A DNA stretch of 46,814 nt from a virus (Duplodnaviria; Caudoviricetes): positions 1 to 46,814 of IMG/VR virus record IMGVR_UViG_3300010366_000018; one strand, 5' to 3'. A program made the position numbers and the translations under genes. Under the pieces are notes generated by a model that worked only from the letters and a program-made list of their open reading frames with translations, was not told where the DNA came from and did no database searches. This document shows positions 44,685 to 46,814 of this stretch, in pieces. Every line of letters begins with the position of its first letter. Positions within the stretch are counted from its first letter, which is position 1.

Positions 44685-45223
44685 GTAGCGAAGACCTAAG
44701 CGACTACTCGAAAGCTGAGCTGCAGGCTCACGCTGACGAGTTGGGCGTGGAGTACAGCCCTGACGACACCAAGGCCGAGTTGATCTCCGCGATCGAGGAA
44801 GCCGACTCGGGGGCTGACGAGACAGCCACTGATGGTGCGGATGAAGCAGCACCGCCCGAGAGCGCGGCTGGTCCGTTCCCGTCGGAGGAGTTCCCACAGC
44901 TCAGGCCCATCGAGCCTGACGTGGCGGACCTCCCCACGGACGAGCACGAAGGCGAGTTCCAGGCCCCGCTGAACGCGGAGTCGTGGGTCACCCTCGATGG
45001 CGCAAGCGATCAGGTCCCCGACGAGCTCGATGGGGCCGTCGCAGCTGTGGTCGAGTGGCCCGTCAGTGTCGAGCACGACACCGACACGGGTGAGACGAAG
45101 ACGTACACGTCACCCGACGGGTACTACCTCGTGCAGGAGCGGGGTCAGGGTGTTCGGCTGTCCGTGACTGCCGACGCCTTCAAGTCGGTCCACACGCACG
45201 GAAGGCCGGATCAGTTTGCCTAA
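44681..45223 (+). CDS. Acidic protein with N-terminal SAP/Rho-N-like helix-extension-helix
   Basis: SKAELQAHADELGVEYSPDDTKAELISAI. Confidence 0.7.
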   Translation: MSSEDLSDYSKAELQAHADELGVEYSPDDTKAELISAIEEADSGADETATDGADEAAPPESAAGPFPSEEFPQLRPIEPDVADLPTDEHEGEFQAPLNAESWVTLDGASDQVPDELDGAVAAVVEWPVSVEHDTDTGETKTYTSPDGYYLVQERGQGVRLSVTADAFKSVHTHGRPDQFA

Positions 45224-45527
45224 GGACATCCGCAACCTGAACGACGCACTCGAGGAGATCGAGAAGATCTCCATCTCTACGAGTCAAGGCCAGGTCGTCC
45301 GTACGGCAGACGTAACGAGGCTGCTCAAGGAGAAGCGTGAGGTTCTCGAGGCTGAGATCACTGAGTCCATCGAGAAGCGTATCCCATATCGCATGACACC
45401 TGAGCGCGCGAGAAGGCTCGCCATGAGGGATGAGAAGCTCCGCGAGGAGCATAGGGCGTCCACCATGCGCGAACCTGGCAAGTCAATTCCAGCAGGCCCA
45501 CCCGCCACCGAGGGCGTAAAATCGTAG
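45216..45527 (+). CDS. Hypothetical protein (103 aa)
   Basis: Overlapping TTG start; codon bias. Confidence 0.65.
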   Translation: MPKDIRNLNDALEEIEKISISTSQGQVVRTADVTRLLKEKREVLEAEITESIEKRIPYRMTPERARRLAMRDEKLREEHRASTMREPGKSIPAGPPATEGVKS

Positions 45528-45543
45528 GCCGGAAGGAGTAGTT

Positions 45544-46395
45544 GTGGGCGAGATGGCAGACAGAATGCAGGCGCAGATCGAGGCCGACGGAGGGCTCGAA
45601 GGCGACGCTGCAGTACCGGGTACCGGAACGGAGGACGCACCGAGTCCGCCCGCGGGGGCGCAAAACACCGATACCGACCGGGGCGGTCCTCCTGAGACGA
45701 TTCCGTACTCCCGATTCCAGGAGGTAAATACCCAGTACCAGAACCTCAAGCAGTACGAGGAGCTGGCACAATATGGGATCGAACCGGACTCCGCGGTTCG
45801 CTTGGCGAGCTTCGAGGCCGCCTACATCGAGGATCCAAAGGGCATCATCAGCACTCTCATCGACAGCCAACAGGACTTGTCCGACGAGGCCAAGACGGCG
45901 ATGAAATCGCTGCTCGTGGAACCTCGTGCTGGCGCTCAAGGCTCCGATGGCGAGGGCGACGGTGAGCCTGCCATTCCTCCAGAGGTGGCCGAAAGACTTG
46001 CGTATGTGGATCAGTTGAGGCAGCAGCAGGCCGAGGCTGAGTCACAGCAACGTCTGGACCTCGTTGTTCGTCACTGGGACAGCTTGGATGAGCAGGATGG
46101 GCTCGACGTTCCCGAACGGACGAAGCTCGTGTGGGTTGCTGCCGCAGCAGGTCGTGGTGGCTTCGAGACTCTCGAGCAACTCGCAGAGTCAGCACGCGCC
46201 TCGTACCTCGAGGACAGGGACCATTCCCTTGGGTCGGCTGTTCAGTCGAGTGGTACGGGAACGCCTCGCACGGTGCCCGGTAGTGCAGCTGCGCCGTCGC
46301 CTCCCGAGGAGTTCAAGGACTTCGGGGCGGCGAACAAGCAGATACTGGCGGACATCAAGGCAGGGCGTCTTCCGGGAATCGAACAGGAGAGCTGA
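45544..46395 (+). CDS. Putative capsid scaffolding protein
   Basis: Acidic/helical; IPYSRFQEVN motif; upstream of capsid genes. Confidence 0.75.
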   Translation: MGEMADRMQAQIEADGGLEGDAAVPGTGTEDAPSPPAGAQNTDTDRGGPPETIPYSRFQEVNTQYQNLKQYEELAQYGIEPDSAVRLASFEAAYIEDPKGIISTLIDSQQDLSDEAKTAMKSLLVEPRAGAQGSDGEGDGEPAIPPEVAERLAYVDQLRQQQAEAESQQRLDLVVRHWDSLDEQDGLDVPERTKLVWVAAAAGRGGFETLEQLAESARASYLEDRDHSLGSAVQSSGTGTPRTVPGSAAAPSPPEEFKDFGAANKQILADIKAGRLPGIEQES

Positions 46396-46724
46396 TGGCA
46401 GCTACCACAACGATAGTTCGGCGTGGGGCTTCCGGAGACGAGCGGATCGTAGACGTGACCCTCGACAGCTCCTATCCCGCGGGTGGGTATCCCCTCGCGT
46501 CCAAGGACCTCGGATTCGGTGGAAGTGGCCGGATCGACTTCGTGGATGCTGGTGGCATGTCCAAGACTGGCGGGTGGGAGTCTGCCTGGGACTACACGAA
46601 CTCGAAGCTGCAAATCTTCGACAGCTCTGCCGCAGCCAACGCAGTCGCTCACGAGGTGGCGGGTGGCACTGTCCTCACGGGCATCGTCGTTCGACTCCTC
46701 GTGCGCGGTAGCGGTCAAGGCTAG
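46395..46724 (+). CDS. Putative capsid decoration / minor structural protein
   Basis: DSSYPAGGY...DYTNSKL...EVAGGT.L; between scaffold and capsid genes. Confidence 0.6.
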   Translation: MAATTTIVRRGASGDERIVDVTLDSSYPAGGYPLASKDLGFGGSGRIDFVDAGGMSKTGGWESAWDYTNSKLQIFDSSAAANAVAHEVAGGTVLTGIVVRLLVRGSGQG

Positions 46725-46738
46725 AAGGAGCTGAGTGA

Positions 46739-46814
46739 ATGTCACCACAGACTACCACTTCAGCGGACGCCATCCTCCAGAACTACTACCTCCCTGTGGT
46801 ACGGGAGATGGTCA
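46739..46814 (+). CDS. Major capsid protein, N-terminal fragment (3'-truncated)
   Basis: AAGGAG RBS; MSPQTTTSADAILQNYYLPVVREMV. Confidence 0.75.
   Translation, partial: MSPQTTTSADAILQNYYLPVVREMV

Overview
The window is an almost complete (~47 kb), circularly permuted genome of a GC-rich tailed phage with podovirus-like architecture: no tail tube or tape-measure gene, a P22-like portal, adaptor/nozzle genes and large internal virion proteins. It is broken inside the major capsid gene: the 3' end is at 2-274, the 5' end at 46739-46814, and the middle is missing. Modules: tail and ejection genes (1-15465, +); a leftward replication and nucleotide-metabolism operon (15692-27757); a rightward primase-helicase unit (27939-31265); leftward small early genes with near-consensus sigma70-type promoters (31099-37966); and TerS, TerL, lysis, portal, scaffold and capsid genes (+). 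The leftward operon carries a VRR-NUC, SSB, AAA ATPase, PD-(D/E)XK nuclease, a UDG-fused family A polymerase, dCMP deaminase, two thymidylate-synthase-fold genes, a MazG-like pyrophosphatase, a nucleotide kinase and an SNF2 helicase. I found no integrase, RNA polymerase, tRNA or CRISPR array. An actinobacterial host is inferred from an Rpf-like gene and apparent leaderless starts. Best leads: (1) a putative pyrimidine-modification pathway built on paired TS-fold proteins with the dCMP-type Asp; (2) a splicing-incompetent Hint domain inside a virion/ejection protein; (3) a secreted Rpf-like muralytic enzyme; (4) a repeat-rich, compositionally odd island between TerS and TerL carrying HTH paralogues. 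All protein calls come from motif recognition by eye, with no database searches.
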